From assembly GCF_009914755.1 (NCBI RefSeq), contig NC_060941.1: 64,000 bases of DNA; one strand, 5' to 3'. This document shows, one piece after another, positions 1 to 15,355 of this stretch; the first letter of the stretch is position 1; the number at the start of each line of letters is the position of its first letter. The notes beneath the pieces were generated by a model. That model had not been told where the DNA came from, did no database searches, and saw only the letters and a program-made list of their open reading frames with translations. The stretch comes from the human T2T-CHM13v2.0 reference genome, Homo sapiens. The translations under genes and the position numbers were made by a program.

Positions 1-22
1 GCGTGAGCCACCACGCCTGGCC
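1..22 (-). mobile_element. 5' end of an Alu continuing off the window edge
   Basis: gcgtgagccaccacgcctggcc is the reverse complement of the Alu start. Confidence 0.85.
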
Positions 23-79
23 TATTTAACCTTCTAAAACTACTTTTTCAAGAAATATTTATTCGAATTATAGAAGATT

Positions 80-250
80 GGCCAGGCACAGTGGCTCATG
101 CCTGTAATCCCAGCACTTTGGGAGGCCAAGGTGGGAGAGTCGCTTGAGCCCAGAGTTTGAGATCAGCCTGGGCAACATGGCAAGAACCTGTCCCAAATTT
201 AATATAATAAATTTTAAATAAAATTTTAAAAATAAAATTAAATAAAAAAT
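80..250 (+). mobile_element. FLAM-like Alu left monomer with A-rich tail
   Basis: ggccaggcacagtggctcatgcctgtaatcccagc, single arm, then AT-rich tail. Confidence 0.85.
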
Positions 251-467
251 TATACAGGAGGGCCATGTCAGGTGAATTTTAACTGAAGCAAACCTTATTT
301 ATTCATAACAATGAAGTTTATATTACTAGGAAAAAATTTCATTCCATGATAAATGTGTGGTATCATGTTTTTCTTCAAAATATTGAATTTAAAGAATGTT
401 CATTGCAATACTGGCAACTAAGTCCAGATTTGCTTTTTAACCATGGAGTAATTTCTGAGAAATATTT

Positions 468-566
468 GTTTTATTTTATTTTATTTTATTTTATTTATGT
501 TATTTATGTTATTTATGTTATGTTATGTTATGTTATGTTATGTTATGTTATGTTATGTTATGTTAT
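468..566. repeat. Pentanucleotide microsatellite (TTATT/TTATG)n
   Basis: Read directly. Confidence 0.95.
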
Positions 567-837
567 TTTTTTGAAACAGAGTCTTGCTCTTGTTGCCCAG
601 GCTGGAGTGCAATGGTGTGATCTCTGCCTCCTGGGTTCAAGCGATTCTCCTGCCTCAAGCTCCTGAGTAGCTGGGATTACAGGCGCCCTCCACCACGCCC
701 GGCGAATTTTTGTATCTTTAGTAGAGACAGGGTTTCACCACGTTGGCCAGGTTGGTCTTGAACTCCTGACCTCATGATCCGCCTGCCTCGGCCTCCCAAA
801 GTGTTGGGATTACAGGTGTGAGCCACCGCACCCGGCC
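468..837 (-). mobile_element. AluS; tail converted to (TTATT)n/(TTATG)n
   Basis: Alu body with a small internal deletion; 14-bp TSD tctgagaaatattt at 454-467 and 838-851. Confidence 0.95.
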
Positions 838-1224
838 TCTGAGAAATATTTAGATTGTACGCCTCAAATGGGCAGGGACTGTGTCTTACACTTTTGTATT
901 TATGCTACAGCTTACCTAATACAGTGCCAGGCCTCGTTAAACACTTATTGATTGCTCAGACGATAAAGAACTTGCTTTGGAAGGAGGAGAGGATAGTCAT
1001 GTGCTTCTGAATGTATTGAACTTCTTGAAATCTCTTTCCTCATCAATTTTAGCAGAGTTTCTATTGAAACTCCTAGGGTGTGTTTATGGAAGACAAACTG
1101 AGATGTGCTGTCCCAGCCTTAGGCCCTGGCAGTACGCCTTGCCTTTTCACGGCACACCCACTACAGCCTTTCCCACACTGTGACACTGGAGCTGGTGAGT
1201 CAAAGTAAGTATAAGTGGGGAGCA

Positions 1225-1412
1225 CTTTTCAGTACAGTAGTTTTAAGGAAAGACTTGGGTCTCTGAAAGCCATGTTTGCATCCCTGCCATGTCCCTCACT
1301 GGCTGCTAGCCTCAGGCCACTGACTCTTAGCCTCTGTATCTCGGAGCCTCAGTTTGCTTAACTGTTAAATGGGGATACTGATACCTGCCTCATAGAGTTA
1401 TGAGGATTAAGT
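1225..1412 (+). mobile_element. MIR fragment
   Basis: gcctcagttt...ctgttaaatggggata...gaggattaa MIR core. Confidence 0.75.
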
Positions 1413-1427
1413 GTCTCCTACCTTTGA

Positions 1428-1960
<533 letters not shown>

Positions 1961-2225
1961 GTGGAGATGCTTTTTAAACTTTTTTTTACTACCCTGTGGT
2001 CCCTGAGGAGCATTACACTGAGAAGTTTTCTCCTATTTTGTCTTTCATTCTCCACATCCTCTTTTGTTCTAGTGCATGGCATGGGAAGCCCTCTCTAGGA
2101 GGATGCTGTGGCCACACAAGTGCTGGACGAACCGCTGGAGTAGGTGACTTCCAAGGTGTCCTGATGTAGTAGCTATTAGACAAGCTCCTGCATTTGGCCA
2201 GTAATTAGCATGCTGCTGCACATTG

Positions 2226-2240
2226 CCACTAGGTGGTGCT
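2226..2240 (+). promoter_or_regulatory. Candidate CTCF site
   Basis: CCACTAGGTGGTGCT is close to the core consensus CCASYAGRKGGCRS. Confidence 0.6.
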
Positions 2241-2461
2241 GCTGCTCCATTCCCAAGTAACCCACATGCATCCCTGGCTGGGGTCAGCCTTGGGGTTTCC
2301 CAAGTGTAGAGGAATCCATCTCTGTGCCTGTGGTAATGGCTGGACACCAGGAGAGACCCAGAAAACAGGGATATCCTAGAAGAGAAAGGCAAAATAAGCA
2401 CTCAGAGCAGAGGACATTTGAGTGTCAATAATGAAGGTGGCAGCAGTAATCATGGCTATCA

Positions 2462-2770
<309 letters not shown>

Positions 2771-2888
2771 GTAGATACTGTGCTAGTCACTTGATACACA
2801 TCATCTCTGATCTTTGCACTGAGCGAGGCATGTGTATTATGTCTGCATTACAAAAGGGGAAAAATTAAGGTTCAAGAAGATAAAGTCA

Positions 2889-3190
2889 CCAGGCATGGTG
2901 GCGCATGCCTGTGATCGCAGCACTTTAAGAGGCTGAGACAGGCGGATTGGTTGAATCCAGGAGTTCAAGACCAGCCTGGGCAACATAGTGAGACCTCATC
3001 TCTACAAAAAAAATAAAATTAGCTGGGTGTGGTGGTGTGTGCCTGTAGTCACAGCTCCTCGGGAGGCTGATGTGGAAGGATCACTTGAGCCCGGGAGATA
3101 GAGGCTGCAGTGAGATGAGACTGAGCCATTGCACTCAGCCTAGGCAACAGAGTGAGACCCTGTCTCAAAACAAAACAGAAATAACAAAAA
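2889..3190 (+). mobile_element. AluJ inserted in the same MIR
   Basis: J-type features (gggcaacatagtgagacc, ggatcacttgagccc); MIR pieces on both flanks. Confidence 0.9.
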
Positions 3191-3574
3191 ATAAGGTGAC
3201 TTGCTGGAGGCCACATGGCTGTGAGCCAAATACAGGTCTGGGTTATCAGGGCTCACATACTTCTAAGTACACCCTACTGCCTTGGAATCTGCTGAAGACC
3301 AAGCCCCTGCCCCCAAGCCATGGCAAAGAAGGAGGGAAGGAAGCAAAGGTGCCCAGCGGGGACAACTCGGGGAGGGGCGAGGTGCCCAGGGCCCAGGAAG
3401 GCCAAGCAGCATGTGGCAGGGCAGCATCAGGTGACTCCCAAGAAGGAATGAGGAGAGGATATGAGGAAAGAGCCACAGCACAGAGGCCTGCTGTTAGGTC
3501 AGCGGAGACCACGGCCCATGGGACCTGGATCTACCCTTGATGCTAACAATGTTCTTTGGGGAAAAAATCTATAA

Positions 3575-3705
3575 TCACAAAGTTTCTGCAACTGGACTGT
3601 AGTCATGGTTGCAGAACTGTATAGATTTACTAGGAACCATCAAATTGTTCACTTACAATGGGTAAATTGTACAGTACATAGGTTATCCCTCAGTAAAGCT
3701 GTATG
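3575..3705 (+). mobile_element. L1M 3' end fragment
   Basis: ggttgcagaactgtatagatttact...ctcagtaaagctgt. Confidence 0.7.
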
Positions 3706-4071
3706 AAATTTATAGTCATGAAACTAATAGTGACAAACGAGCTGGGTAAGTAGGTCTCAGCTGTTCTGTAGGCACTTTGAGAAGAGGAAGAGTAGCATCT
3801 CGGTTTTAATAAAAGAAAGCCTGGCCCATGGCGTCCAGCTTCTGCTTGAATACTTTCAGTGCCCGGGAGCTCAGTATCTCAAAGCAGCCCACTCCTGTTT
3901 AAGAGAACTCTAAACCTTAGAATGTTGAAATACATCATTATTATTCTAGTACTGCTGTGAAAAATAAATGTCTTTGTTTTGCCACATAACATTTCTCTGA
4001 GAGCTTGAGGACAGTTATTGCATTTTCCCAAGTCATTTTTATCTCAGACAGAATTCCCTGATGACCTGTAG

Positions 4072-4518
<447 letters not shown>

Positions 4519-4589
4519 TGATCTGTCCACATCCTTCTTAAAATGTGGGGACCCATGGGGAACCTGAGATTCTGCAGATGCCAGCCCAG

Positions 4590-4731
4590 TGCTGTGTGGT
4601 TAACAATTTGGATCCTAGCATTAAGACCCCGGGTTCAAATCCTTGCTCCACTGTAGGCCAGCTGTGTGACCATGGTTAAAAACATCTACCTTACTGAGCT
4701 CTAATGTCATCATCTAAGTTATTGTGAGGAT
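4590..4731 (+). mobile_element. MIR 5' part (continues at 6073-6151)
   Basis: gggttcaaatcc...gctgtgtgacc...ttgtgaggat joins taaatgagat at 6073. Confidence 0.75.
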
Positions 4732-5036
4732 TGTACTGACCCACACTTTCTATCTGCCCAATCCCTTGAGGTGGGCTCAACCTGGGTTGGCAATGGTTGG
4801 GCAAGGGAGAGCGATCAAAACAGCAAACTGTCACACTGCTGATAAGCCAAGCAGAGACACAGCCACCATTAGGAGAAGGGGCTCTTCCATCTCTATCTAT
4901 CAGGCTTTTCTCTCATGGAGCTGTAACCCCTGGTAAAGGAGGTGAGGAACTTGCTGGGGGGAGCACACAAACACCTGCTGATGTGCCTGACTTGGATACC
5001 CAGGAAGTTGCTGGCTTTCTCTTCCTTTCCCCAACA

Positions 5037-5358
5037 TTTTTATTTGTTTGTTTGAGGCAGAGTCTTGCTCTGTCACCCAGCCTGGAGTGCAAAGGCGTGA
5101 TCTTGGCTGAGTGCAATGGCATGATCTTGGCTCACTGCAACCTCCGCCTCCTGAGTTCAAGTGATTCTCCTGCCTCAGCCTCCTGAGTATTTGGGACTAC
5201 AGGCGTGCGCCACCTCACCCGGCTAATTTTTGTATATTTAGTAGAGATGGGGTTTTGTCATGTTGGCCAGGCTGGTCTCGAACTCCTGACCTCAGGGGAT
5301 CCACCCGCCTCGGCCTCCCAAAGGGTTGGGATTACAGGCATGAGCCACTGCGCCTGGC
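5037..5358 (-). mobile_element. AluS with ~24-bp internal tandem duplication
   Basis: gagtgcaaaggcgtgatcttggct followed by gagtgcaatggcatgatcttggct. Confidence 0.95.
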
Positions 5359-5731
5359 TGGCATTTTTTTTTTTCAACATAGTCTCCTCTTGATCTCATC
5401 CTTTGTCCACTGCACAAACCCCTCCCCAAAACGATCCCCAAGGAGGGGGGCTCCCGAACTAGATCATCCTAGGGTAGGCCTACCCGGTTCAATCTTAGCC
5501 GGGTCTATGGTGCCATCTGATTGAAATCTAACTTGACTCTCTTCTCACTGACCTCTTCGGGGTCCCAGGGGTGTAAACATCCTGCAGCCTTCCGCCAGCC
5601 TTGTGTCTTCAATGTTCCCCTCCATTCATGACTCTCCTCACTGTATTTCTACTAACTTACTCTTACATACAAAACAGATCTTTCCCCCTTCCTGTACATC
5701 AGATATCATTTTGGATCGATACTACACCCAA

Positions 5732-6151
<420 letters not shown>

Positions 6152-6542
6152 GCTGAGGCAATGCATATTGGGGCTCTTTTTCTCCATCCTCTTGTGTAGC
6201 CTAAGTTTGCAGCTGTGTTTGGCAGCCGCCTCATACTAATGAAGCACACTGGGCTTGGGATCATTTCAGACCTGCAGATCTCTTTTGCATGAAATGCAAT
6301 GGGGCCGGGGCTCCCTCTTCTGCATTTGTGCACCTGCTTTTAAGAACATAATGAATGATTGGCATTTGTCTCTTTTCATTTCATCTAGGCTTTGGCCCAT
6401 CATCCTAACCTGTTGGCTTCATTTTGAATTTTGGATTTTGTTATTGAATGCATCAGATCTCCCTCCAAGCTTTGCTTCCTATAAATTTGATACCCATGAC
6501 TCATAAGTCATCATCTGAGTCATGATAAAAAATACTGAATAA

Positions 6543-6860
6543 GGCTGGGCACGGTGGCTTACACCTGTAATCCCAGCACTTTGGGAGGCCAAGGCAGGTG
6601 ATCACTTGAGGTCAGGAGTTGGAGACCAGCCTGGCCAACATGGTGAAACCCCATCTCTACCCAAAATACAAAAATTAGCTGGGTGTGGTGGCACCCACCT
6701 GTAGTCCCAGCTGCCTGGGAGGCTGAGGCATGCAAATTGCTTGACTTTGGAAGGTGGAGGTTATACTGAGCTAAGATGGCACCACTGCACTCCAGCCTGG
6801 GTGACAGAGGAAGTCTCTGTCTGTCTGTCTCTCTCTCTCTCTCCATATATATATATAAAA
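6543..6860 (+). mobile_element. AluS with (TC)n(TA)n tail, inside L3
   Basis: Full dimer. Confidence 0.95.
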
Positions 6861-7398
6861 TTAGATGGGGACATACCATCAGAAACTTCCCTCCAGCTTG
6901 ATTCATTTGTGTAACAGTAACAGATATTTACTAAGCACCTATAATGTGCTCTGTAGTGGACACTGTTCCATTCATTAGATGTGGATGTTCAGCCATCTAT
7001 GTAACTTGGCTAATCATACTTTAAATCTAGCCCTTATTTCTCCATCTTATCCACCAGGAATCCTGAAAGATTCTATCAAGTGCTTTGCTAAAATTAAGTA
7101 TACAATATGCGTAGCAATGCCTTCATGTACCAATCCCTCAGCAATGGAAATAAGGTTAATTTGACTAATTACTCCTAGTAAGCCGCTTTGACCACTGGTA
7201 ACATCTGCCATCTTTTATAAGCCTATCTGATTGCAGATCAACCTCAGACATACCCATCTGTAGTTTCTGGAATCCACCTTCTCTCTCTCACAAACCTGGG
7301 CGACATTTGCTCATCTCTAATTTTTCTCCACCCTTCTCAGCTTCCTGACTTCTCAATATTTACAGTAGGAGTTTGCAATCACACAGTAAAGGTCTTGG

Positions 7399-7529
7399 AT
7401 ATATTTAGTTGGAGTTAAGAGCGTTGGGCTCCCATAAAGCAGTAGGGCTCTCCTTGAGTTTAGTTTATATATATTTAGTTGGAGTTAAGAGTGTTGGGCT
7501 CCCATAAAGCGGAAGGGTTCTCCTTGAGT
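7399..7529. repeat. Tandem duplication, 61-bp unit, period 70
   Basis: 7399-7459 vs 7469-7529, 4 mismatches. Confidence 0.95.
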
Positions 7530-8882
7530 GCTGCATCATCTGTCTTAGATCCCGATTTCCCCATAATCATGTTTATTATCCTTTCCAGGTTGAAGATTAT
7601 TCTCTCTTCTAAAGAAAATAGAAGAATATTAGGAGAAAAGACACTTGAAAATGTTCACTCTTTTATTCACATTACATCATCTGTCTTGAATAATGGGTCT
7701 ATCTCTTTCCTGTTGCTCTGGCCCTGAAAAAAAAATTAGCTTTTTAAGGCTGCTTTTGTTACGTGTGCATTTTCTTGTAATCCCGTCATTCTGGGATTTA
7801 ATAATAATAGTATTAATACCACCTACCATTTGTTGGTTACTTACTGTGTTTTAGGCACTGTGCTAAACGCCTTCCATGTATTCATCTCATTAGTAAACAT
7901 TTCTGAAACTATTCTTACAATTTGTCTTTTAGTTTTTCTTGTTCTTGTCCTCTTAAAATCTGAGCTTAGCCATGAGCTCTCAGTGAAGCTGCTTGTATTT
8001 CTTTAAAAACCCTCTTTGCTTCCTCCAAGTGGAGTGGGTTGTACTTCTGAGGTCAGGACAAACTGGGCACCGGAGGAGTTCAGCCTTCCGAGGCTGCAGG
8101 AGGGGTGGGTCCCCTGAGGCGAGCAAGATGATGTAAGGCCTTGACTTGGGGTAACAGACAGCCACAGATGGGAAGAGAGAAGCCAACATTTAACCACGGA
8201 AGGATGTGAAGGGCGGAGAGGTGGGTTGAGCACTGGGCCCCGGGTGCGGGGAGTGGGAAAAGGTCCAAAGGTGAAACCTGGGAAGCCTGGGCTTGGGTCT
8301 GGAAGTGGAGAGAAGGAAGTCGTTCCAGGGGGAGCTGTGAGCAATGTGAACCCATCATTTCTGTTTTCACCAGCGAGGGTGAGAATTGAGTCCACAGGAG
8401 TGGCTCCCTCCTCTGCTTCCTCGACCTGCAGAGGGCTAAGTGGGGCAACGAGCAGGGTAAAACTTTTCAAGATGCTCTGCTCTTAGCAGAATGAGCTGTT
8501 CTGACCATTTCCCAAGAGCCAAATTTCCTCATCAGTCCTGAATGTTGCCTCTGTGCTATGATTTGCGTTAAAAAAAAGATACAGTCTCCCCACTGTGTTG
8601 TCAAATCTGAAATAAGGGACTGTGTTTTTGCAAAATTCTCTTCCAAGGCCAAGCACAGGGTCAATGTTCAGCAAATATTTGGTGAGTTAATGAATGAAAT
8701 GAAAGCACTCTCCTTATGCTCCTTGGCTGAGTGATGTGGAGAAGAGTTCCAGAACAATATAATTTAGTTTCTTTCTCCTTTTAACCGAGCCTAGAAATTC
8801 TCCACAAGGCATATGCAAATACCCCAGACATGTATTTTTCCAGGCGTGTGTTTTATGTGCAAATACTCCTGCATATGTATGA

Positions 8883-9175
8883 TTTTATTTTACTTTTTGA
8901 GACAAGGTTCATTGTCCAGGCATTGTCTAATGCACCAGTGCATTGGTGCCATCTCGGCTCACTGCAGGCTTGACTTTCCGAGCTCAGGTGGTCCTCCCAC
9001 CTCAGCCTCCCAAGTAGCTGGGATGACAGGTGCACACCACCATGCCCAGCTAATTTTTTGTATTTTTAGTAGAGGTGGGGTTTCACTATGTTGTCCAGGC
9101 TGGTCTTGAACTCCTGGGCTCTAGCAATCTGCCCACCTTGGCCTCCTAAAGTGCTGGGATTACAGGCATGAGCTT
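8883..9175 (-). mobile_element. AluJ
   Basis: cactatgttgtccaggctggtcttgaactcctgggctc. Confidence 0.9.
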
Positions 9176-10209
9176 CTGCTCATATACGTTACTTGTTCAT
9201 CTGACTGAAGACCCCAAAAGAGACCAGCACCCCAAAGAAGCATGTATTTCTCTTTGGAACCAGAAGCAAACATCCTTCTGTTTGCTTGGGATGCATGGGA
9301 TGAGCATGCAGTAGGTGTTTAATAAATACTTGTTGACTAATTAGGGGGCATAAATATGTAAAAGTGGTAAATTAGCAAGAAAGAGCTGCAGTGTAGATAA
9401 TCAAATAACAAAGTTGTCTAGGACAAGAGAATCTATCTCTGAGGGCTCTGTGTAGGAGGAGAGGTGGTGTTGGCTAGTGAGGCAGATCTGCCTTCTAATT
9501 AGGCTCCAATCAGGATAGTATTGCAATTAGCTCGGGATATTATAGCAGTTAGCTTCTATTCTTGGAACAAATTCCTGGGAGATTTAAGTTGGGTGGTAAA
9601 AGAAGGTTGTCCCAGGAATAAATTTGCTGTGAACCGCTTTGGAGTGACTACTTCATATGTGCCTAATTGAACCGCCAATGTAAACCTGATTGGATTGTTT
9701 CCTTCTTTATCAGCGACACTTAAACATGAGCTCAGGAATTTGGACAGCCACTTAACAACAGAACACAGCTCGGGAAATTGCAGATTTCAAATTTCAGAAA
9801 AGTCGATGAATTTAGACAACTTGAGTGTCTTCTTTGTGTTAGGGTAGACAGGCTTTGGCCTCCAAGATCTGGCTGACAAGTGCTTGCTGCTGAGACAGGC
9901 ACTGAAAAGAGTAAAAAATATAATGTCTTCAATTATCTTCCCAGTTATTGAGACACTTAAAAACTCCACCCCAGCCCACCCTGACAGTCTCCTGTAAGGA
10001 GCTCAGTTTTCTCTGTGTCAACCTGATGACAGACCCAGGAGGATGTTGTGTCTGGGAATGTTTGCTCTTCCTGGCTGGGGTGAGTAGGGCTTGGCAGCAG
10101 AGACAGTGCGAACAGAACCAAGCCACGAATCCTGGCTCTCAGTCCATCCAGCCAGCAGCTTTTCGCTTCATCCTTCACCCTCCACACTTCTTCTCTTTCT
10201 TCTGCATCA

Positions 10210-10380
10210 GGAGAGGCAGATGTAGAGCCCAGAGTTTTTTGTCAAAGAGCCTGAGTTGGAATCCTGCCTGGCACCATCGCTGGGGGGTGACTGGCTTTCT
10301 GAGGCCCAGTTTCGTCATCTGTAAAATGGGCATGATAATATCTGCCCAAATCATTTCAGGAGGTTGGTTGTTGAGAAGAG
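10210..10380 (+). mobile_element. MIR
   Basis: cagtttcgtcatctgtaaaatggg core. Confidence 0.7.
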
Positions 10381-10529
10381 GTGGTGCCTGTACGACTGCC
10401 CTAAGCTTGAAAGGACAGCAATCGGTGCCGGCTTTGTAGCTCACAAACTTTACCTTAAATGCTGACCATCACAGGGTCTTGGGACAGGCCCTAGGACCAG
10501 CCCCCCCACCCTTGCTGGTGCAGGGCTTC

Positions 10530-10544
10530 CCTGCAGATGGCGCT
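10530..10544 (+). promoter_or_regulatory. Candidate CTCF site
   Basis: CCTGCAGATGGCGCT, one mismatch to the core consensus. Confidence 0.55.
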
Positions 10545-11049
10545 GTGCCTGGAGAATGCAGCCAGCAGTAAATCAGGGCAGCTTGATTAAACATGTCCAA
10601 GTCTAGTCAAGCCAGACTAGATGTGGGCGTGTTTGGCACTATAGGTGGATCCAGTCTGGATTTCCTTTACCTGCATGTCCTGGGTGTGTATCCCTCACAA
10701 AAGTTCCCCCCGCCATCACATTCACACCTCACCAAATTAAGCCACCCAGCCCCCACTTGGCCCCCTAGGAACCACTGCAGCAGGCAGTGTGTTTAATCCC
10801 TGTGAAGCATTTTAGCATTAGATGAAGATGACGCCTTGGGCTCCCATCCGCCTGTGACAGAGGCTGCCAGCTCCACTCTTGGAAACACCCTTGTTTTGAC
10901 TTAGTTTCCCATCCAAGATGAAGGTAGGCAGACTGAAAAAGCCAATGCTAAAAGAAAGAAGACCCCAAGACCCCTGTATGCAGCTTAGAAGGCAAAGGCC
11001 TGTCTTCACAGAGCCAGCTAAAGAGCTAGGCTTTGGCGCCACCACATCC

Positions 11050-11256
11050 TGTTTGGAATCCAAGCTCCACCGTTTAGCATTTGTGTGACCAGGGGCTTGT
11101 TAAGGAAGGCCCCAAGGCTCCCTTCCCTGCGTATAAAAAGAAGAGATGGTACCTGCTTTATAGGATGCAGTGGTGAGGGTTCAATGAGAAGAGGCTTGCA
11201 ATAGGCTTGGTATAGTGCCTGGCACATGGGGATATTCAAATAGTGCTGACTATTAG
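11050..11256 (+). mobile_element. MIR
   Basis: Ends agtgcctggcacat...tattcaaata...ctatta. Confidence 0.7.
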
Positions 11257-11819
11257 ATCAGGAGCAGACATTGGGGTAGGAGGTATCAGCCCGGGGAGGA
11301 GACGACAAGGAGAGTTAGGGAGGGAAGGACGTGCCAGGGAAGAGACGGTGGGCTCTGCAGAGGAAGGCTTCTTGGTACCTCTCGAAAGCTGCTGTGGGAA
11401 CACACCTTTACTCTGCTGACATTTTCAGACAGCCGTGCTGGCAGGGATCTGGGCACCTGGCAAAGCGAGCTGACCATCTGGCCGGCTGTTTCTGCAACAA
11501 AAAGAGATGGTGTCAAAGGTTTTGGGAGCTGGGCTCCTTTGACCCACAGTTGGCACCGGAGGCCAAATAAGTCCTCCTGGAGACCATCACCTTCTCATCA
11601 GCAATCTTCCAGCCAGCACACTGCAGCGGCCAGGGAGTGCAGGATTGTCTCCAGGAAGCCAGTGCCAAGGCCAGAGGCCCAGAGCCTGCACTGAGCAAAT
11701 CGCCAGGGAGTAGTGACAGCCCTTCCTTCCTGGTCAGTGCTCTTGTCCCATGGGGCTACTATCTCCTCTGGATCCTATGAAGACTGCTCCCTGCCACGGC
11801 CATGATTACGTGTCACACT

Positions 11820-12020
11820 GCATGGTTAGAAGGGCAGGTTCTGAGGCCAGGCTGCCTGGGTTCATGCATTAGCTGTGTGGCCTTGGGCAAGTTACTTAGC
11901 CACATTTTGCCTCAGTTTTCTGGACTACAAAATGGAGTTGTGAGAGTTCACCAAGTTCATGCTTATAAGGAGATGGCAGCAGTGCCTGGCATTTAAAAAG
12001 TGCCCCACAGGTGTTATCTG
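11820..12020 (+). mobile_element. MIR
   Basis: gctgtgtggccttgggcaagttactta...gcctcagttt. Confidence 0.8.
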
Positions 12021-12799
12021 GGGCTGTTGTCATCTCTGTGGCCAATTGTGCATCGGTTCCAGGTCTTGGGGTCATGTCTGTGTGCTTGGTGCCCTAGGTG
12101 CCCCAATATCTAGTCTCTTTTTCTCCCATTAAAAAATCAATCTCACTTCTCTGTCTCCCTATCTTTCTCCCTTTCATCTTCCCTTTCTTAGCACATTATT
12201 TATTCAACAAACACGGATGAAGTGCCTGCCCTGTGCCAGGCGCTGGGGAGGGGGAGGATGGGGGGCTACAGAGATGGAATAAACAGTGAGCCCTGCACAG
12301 GACCCTCCGAGTGCCCACAGCTAGGCAGAACAGCAGTTAGTCCATGCTGATGCAGGATTCATCATCGTCACGGGGGAGCCAGAATCTGGAGACACCCAGG
12401 CCCTGAAGACGGAGCCTGCCCAGCCCCCACCGAAAAGAGAGCTGCTATTGGCCTCAGCGTCCAGGAAGAGCCGGGTGATTCAGCGGGATGGAGATCCTCC
12501 TTCCCAAGACAAGATGGGGGCAGCAGAGGTGAGATTCTGGCTGGGAGTGAATGGGTCTGCTGGCTGACAGCTTGGCTGTCACATTCGAAAGCTTATCCGT
12601 GGACAGTGCCCCTCTGCCCTGCTAATGACAGGGATGTCACTCACAGGTCTCCCCTGGATTGTGCAGAACCAGACATTGCTGCCTTTGCCTAGGCAGGATA
12701 ATAGATATCATGAGGGCTTGGGAAGCTTCGGGGGGAAAGTTAGGCTATCTGCCCACCCCTCAATCATGCCACGCATCCCCAGAGTCACACAGAAATGTT

Positions 12800-13150
12800 C
12801 TTACACACCTCTGTGCCTTGGCATGGCTGCTCCCTCTGCCCAGCCTGCCCTCCCCTGGATCGGGCCTTCTCCATCTGAGCGTCCCACATGTCCCCAAGCC
12901 TCAGTCCCCAGGAAGCTCTGGGAGCCTGCAGTGCTCCAGGATCACGGGAGTCCCTACCTCCCACCAGTGGCCCTGATGCCTTGGACATGCTTTTACTACC
13001 ACACTGTCACACTGGGTGGTCATTATTTGTTTAGGTGTCTGTTCTCCTTACCCTAGACCTTGAGTTCTTGAGGCCAAGAACAGCCAAGTCTCAGCTTTCT
13101 CTGCAGGACCGAGCACATAGTGGCACTCCGCAAATGCGTGCTGAGGAATG
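12800..13150 (+). mobile_element. L2 3' fragment
   Basis: ctagaccttgagttcttgagg...gcacatagtgg...gaatg. Confidence 0.6.
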
Positions 13151-13939
13151 GATTGTCATTACTGATGTCATCATCCACCCCTGCACAAGTCTTGACACGG
13201 AGCAGCCTCCCACCCCTGCTGGAAGCCTGGCTTAAAGTGACCAACCTGCTTTAGTGAAGGGTTGGGGTTTGGAAGGCCCGCTGGATACAAGGATCTAGAA
13301 TGAGGAGGTCTTTTCCTATTGAGGACCAAAGCTCTCAACTCTTTTTTCCTAATAAACTAGGAGAGACCAGTTTGGAATTGTCTCTAAATGTACAGGATGA
13401 GTTTGAGTTTAGGGGTAGCGGAGCCTCTTGTTCCCAACTGAAGGCACTCACGAAACCTGAACTGCACCCACTTGGAGGAAAGTGAGACGGGGCTTCCCAG
13501 TGAGAACCCAGGGAGATGCGTCAAAGGCTACAGAGGGAACAAACAAACAAGCAATTTAGTTTAGATTTTTTAATGCAGAAATGAAGTGTTCCGCTTGTTT
13601 GCTTTTAAAATGGAGAACAGAGAACATAAAATGACTTCACAAATGAAGGAAGTAATTAGAAAAAATTCCTCCAGTTCTATGTGATGGCCAGTAAAGGAAG
13701 AGAGAGCACAGAAAAGATAGAACGGGAAGGGCAGATGGGAAGGAAGGAGAGTACGACACAGAGATGATGACGCAAAGAGAGAGAGTGAAGAAGAGATGAA
13801 CATGGAACCATCCCTCCACACACACACATTTTGATCTTATGGAAAACCTGCTTTGTAAAATTAAAGTTTGTCTTTTGTTGTTTTTACACTGTAAGAGAGC
13901 GATTTGAATACATTTATTGTTTTCTGACTTCTAGAATAA

Positions 13940-15355
<1,416 letters not shown>

